DNA of 39,059 nt from Nemertoderma westbladi. Its lineage: Eukaryota; Animalia; Xenacoelomorpha. A program made the translations under genes and the position numbers. Numbering within the stretch: the first letter of the stretch is position 1; each line of letters starts with the position of its first letter. A model generated the notes under the pieces. That model ran no database searches. It was not told where the DNA came from and worked only from the letters and a program-made list of their open reading frames with translations. This document shows positions 36,954 through 39,059 of this stretch, piece after piece. The stretch lies in contig JAUCBJ010000454.1 of the NCBI GenBank assembly GCA_032718475.1, positions 1 through 39,059 of the forward strand, read 5' to 3'.

Positions 36954-36961
36954 GGGGGGAG
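36954..36961 (+). promoter_or_regulatory. Polypurine tract
   Basis: GGGGGGAG directly abutting the TG of the 3' LTR, as is typical of BEL/Pao elements. Confidence 0.8.
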
Positions 36962-37619
36962 TGTAAGCGGATTCAATTCCACTTCATTACCCACCAGAAA
37001 ATGGGACCAGTGGCATTTTAGCAATATGTTGGGGATACGAGATTACCAATATTAATCTCGTCTCATAACCAACATTGGGGGGGGGGGGGGGGCGACACAA
37101 GCCCCAAAGCCACAGAGAGAGGTGAGAGGTCAAACCACCTCCGGAGGGAATACAGCTAGTAGAGGCTAGCAGCGGGGGGGAAACACTCACAGGGAGTGCC
37201 AAAGTGACAATTAGTATATTAGCCAATAGTGGGGAGGGAAGCACGTGATTAGGGACTAGGAAAGCATCCATTGGGTACAGAGGGCCAAAGTACAGTAAGA
37301 GGTGAAATCAATATCAATGTGTGTTAACCATATATTATCCTACATTACTGATTTACCGGTCAGTTGAGTTATTCAGTCAGTGCAGACCGGTCATAGTTAA
37401 TGACCGTCACCGCCATTAACAGCAATTAATCTGTATTTTCTGCTATATACATCTTATCATTACCGACTGCTATTATCGTCTATGTTATCAATATTGAGAA
37501 ACAACAGAAACTCTTATTGTTTTCCCCAACGGCCTTCGGCCAAAGCAACTAGCACGACTGCCCAGCCGAACGGTGACGCGTACATTTCTAACCCGGTCGG
37601 GATCTCCGATCCCGTCACA
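36962..37619 (+). repeat. 3' LTR of element 2 (658 bp, TGT...ACA)
   Basis: Begins TGTAAGCGG immediately after the polypurine tract, ends TCACA, and is followed by satellite AGAGTG. Confidence 0.92.
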
Positions 37620-38398
37620 AGAGTGAAAGGGTTTACTGCGGGAGATCATCCATGGTTGTGAACAGGCATTCCTTTAGGAAACAGAGTGGATGGGTTTACT
37701 GTGGAAGATCACCCATATAGTGGTGAACAGGCATTCCTTTAGGAAACAGAGTGGAAGGCTTTACTGTAGAAGATCACCCATGGTGGTGAACAGGCATTCC
37801 TTTAGGAAACAGAGTGGAAGGGTTTACTGTGGAAGATCACCCATATAGTGGTGAACAGGCATTCCTTTAGGAAACAGAGTGGAAGGGTTTACTGTGGAAG
37901 ATAACCCATGGGTGTTAACAGGTATTCCTTTAGGAAACAGAGTGGAAGGGTTTACTGTGGAAGATCACCCGTGGTGGTGAACAGGCATTCCTTTAGGAAA
38001 CAGAGTGGAAGGGTTTACTGTGGAAGATCACCCGTGGTGGTGAACAGGCATTCCTTTAGGAAACAGAATGGAAGGGTTTACTGTGGGAGATCATCCATGG
38101 TGGTGAACAGGCATTCCTTTAGGAAACAGAGTGGAAGGGTTTACTGTGGAAGATAACCCATGGTGATGAACAGGCATTCCTTTAGGAAACACAATGGAAG
38201 GGTTTACTGTGGGAGATCATCCATGGTGGTGAACAGGCATTCCTTTAGGAAACAGAGTGGATGGGTTTGGTGAACAGGCATTCCTTTAGGAAACAGAGTG
38301 GATGGGTTTGGTGAACAGTCATTCCTTTAGGAAACGGAGTGGATGGGTTTACTGTGGAAGATCACCCATGGTGGTGAACAGGCATTCCTTTAGGAAAC
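37620..38398. repeat. 63-bp satellite, right arm (~12-13 copies, two shortened)
   Basis: Same monomer and orientation as 27878-28527. Confidence 0.95.
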
Positions 38399-38438
38399 CG
38401 AAAAAAAACAGTCAAAACATTTAAAAATCTCACTCACT

Positions 38439-38663
38439 AAAAATTGCCAAGGATATTATAAAAATACTAAAGTGTAAATTTGAGTCGTAAATAGCTATAA
38501 TTAAATTGTTTGCTCAATTCTAGAATATTAAAGAAACAAGATGGACTAAGTAAGTTCAACTAAATAATAATTAATATTCTAGATTAAAGACAAAAAACAC
38601 TTTTAGCGATTTACGTCTCAAGATTTACACCTTAGTATTTTGATGAGATCTCTGGCAATTTTT
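38439..38663. mobile_element. Degenerate MITE/foldback (~225 bp, ~60-bp imperfect TIRs)
   Basis: AAAAATTGCCAAGGATATTATAAAAATACTAAAGTGTAAATTTGAGTCGTAAATAGCTA pairs with TAGCGATTTACGTCTCAAGATTTACACCTTAGTATTTTGATGAGATCTCTGGCAATTTTT. Confidence 0.65.
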
Positions 38664-38694
38664 GTAATCCGACCTGCTAAAAATGGTTGTTGTA

Positions 38695-39059
38695 TTAAGG
38701 AGGGGTTCACCCCCAGTCTTTTTTTTTCATTAGATTTTTTTTTAATGTGTTTTCCGATATAAGAATTAAGGGTGCATGTTTGGTCAGTTGTAATCAGAAG
38801 GAAATTGAAATGTAATTTTCCTCGTCTTGGTTTTTTTGGGACACTTTTAAAATTTTGTTTAAAAAAAAAGGTATGGCATTTTTTGTGTAAAAAATATATG
38901 TATATATGTATATATGTACTATAACTTTTTTATTAAACTAAATTTTAAAATTCTGTCAACACAATTTTTACGCGCAATATTCCTCTACATAATTCTGCAG
39001 AAACAGAACGGTTGAGTTGAGAATTGGTTGAGAATCGGTTGAGTAGTTAAAAAGTAGAT
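38695..39059. mobile_element. Possible left end of a Kolobok-type non-autonomous DNA transposon
   Basis: TTAA followed by GGAGGGGTTCACCCC resembles Kolobok termini (TTAA target); the other end is not in the window. Confidence 0.3.

Larger units (their letters stand above)
28529..37619 (+). mobile_element. Non-autonomous BEL/Pao-derived LTR element (element 2) inserted in the satellite
   Basis: Direct LTRs ~97% identical by eye, PPT before the 3' LTR, BEL-type gag/zinc knuckle/protease remnants, and no recognisable RT, RNaseH or integrase. Confidence 0.9.

Noticed and set aside
27878-38398. 63-bp repeats as a CRISPR array or a 21-aa repeat protein
   Set aside because: The whole monomer is repeated with no unique spacers and no cas genes. 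The ORFs arise because 63 is divisible by 3, and they are broken by indels and stops.

Overview
Repeat-rich eukaryotic (probably invertebrate animal) DNA; no prokaryotic genes, rRNA, tRNA or CRISPR are supported. From left to right: (1) 1-16365 is a head-to-tail array of ~9.4 copies of a ~1.74-kb non-coding unit with Helitron/Helentron-like hairpins. It carries a covarying GNAA stem-loop next to a ~65-bp hypervariable cassette, and two alternative haplotypes of one segment. (2) A small MITE, then a BEL/Pao solo LTR (16977-18098) with a perfect CCACC target-site duplication. (3) A decayed, 3'-truncated BEL/Pao retrotransposon of the same LTR family on the minus strand (~19088-26599; gag, zinc knuckles, protease, start of RT). 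(4) A candidate two-exon gene for a small secreted peptide (27318-27635, minus), enclosed by inverted repeats. (5) A 63-bp satellite interrupted by a second BEL/Pao-derived LTR element (28529-37619, plus). This element keeps gag-protease, but RT/RNaseH/integrase are replaced by an in-frame acidic plus hydrophobic tail, a repeated hairpin array and an unknown decayed reading frame. (6) MITE fragments at the right end. All alignments and identities were judged by eye.
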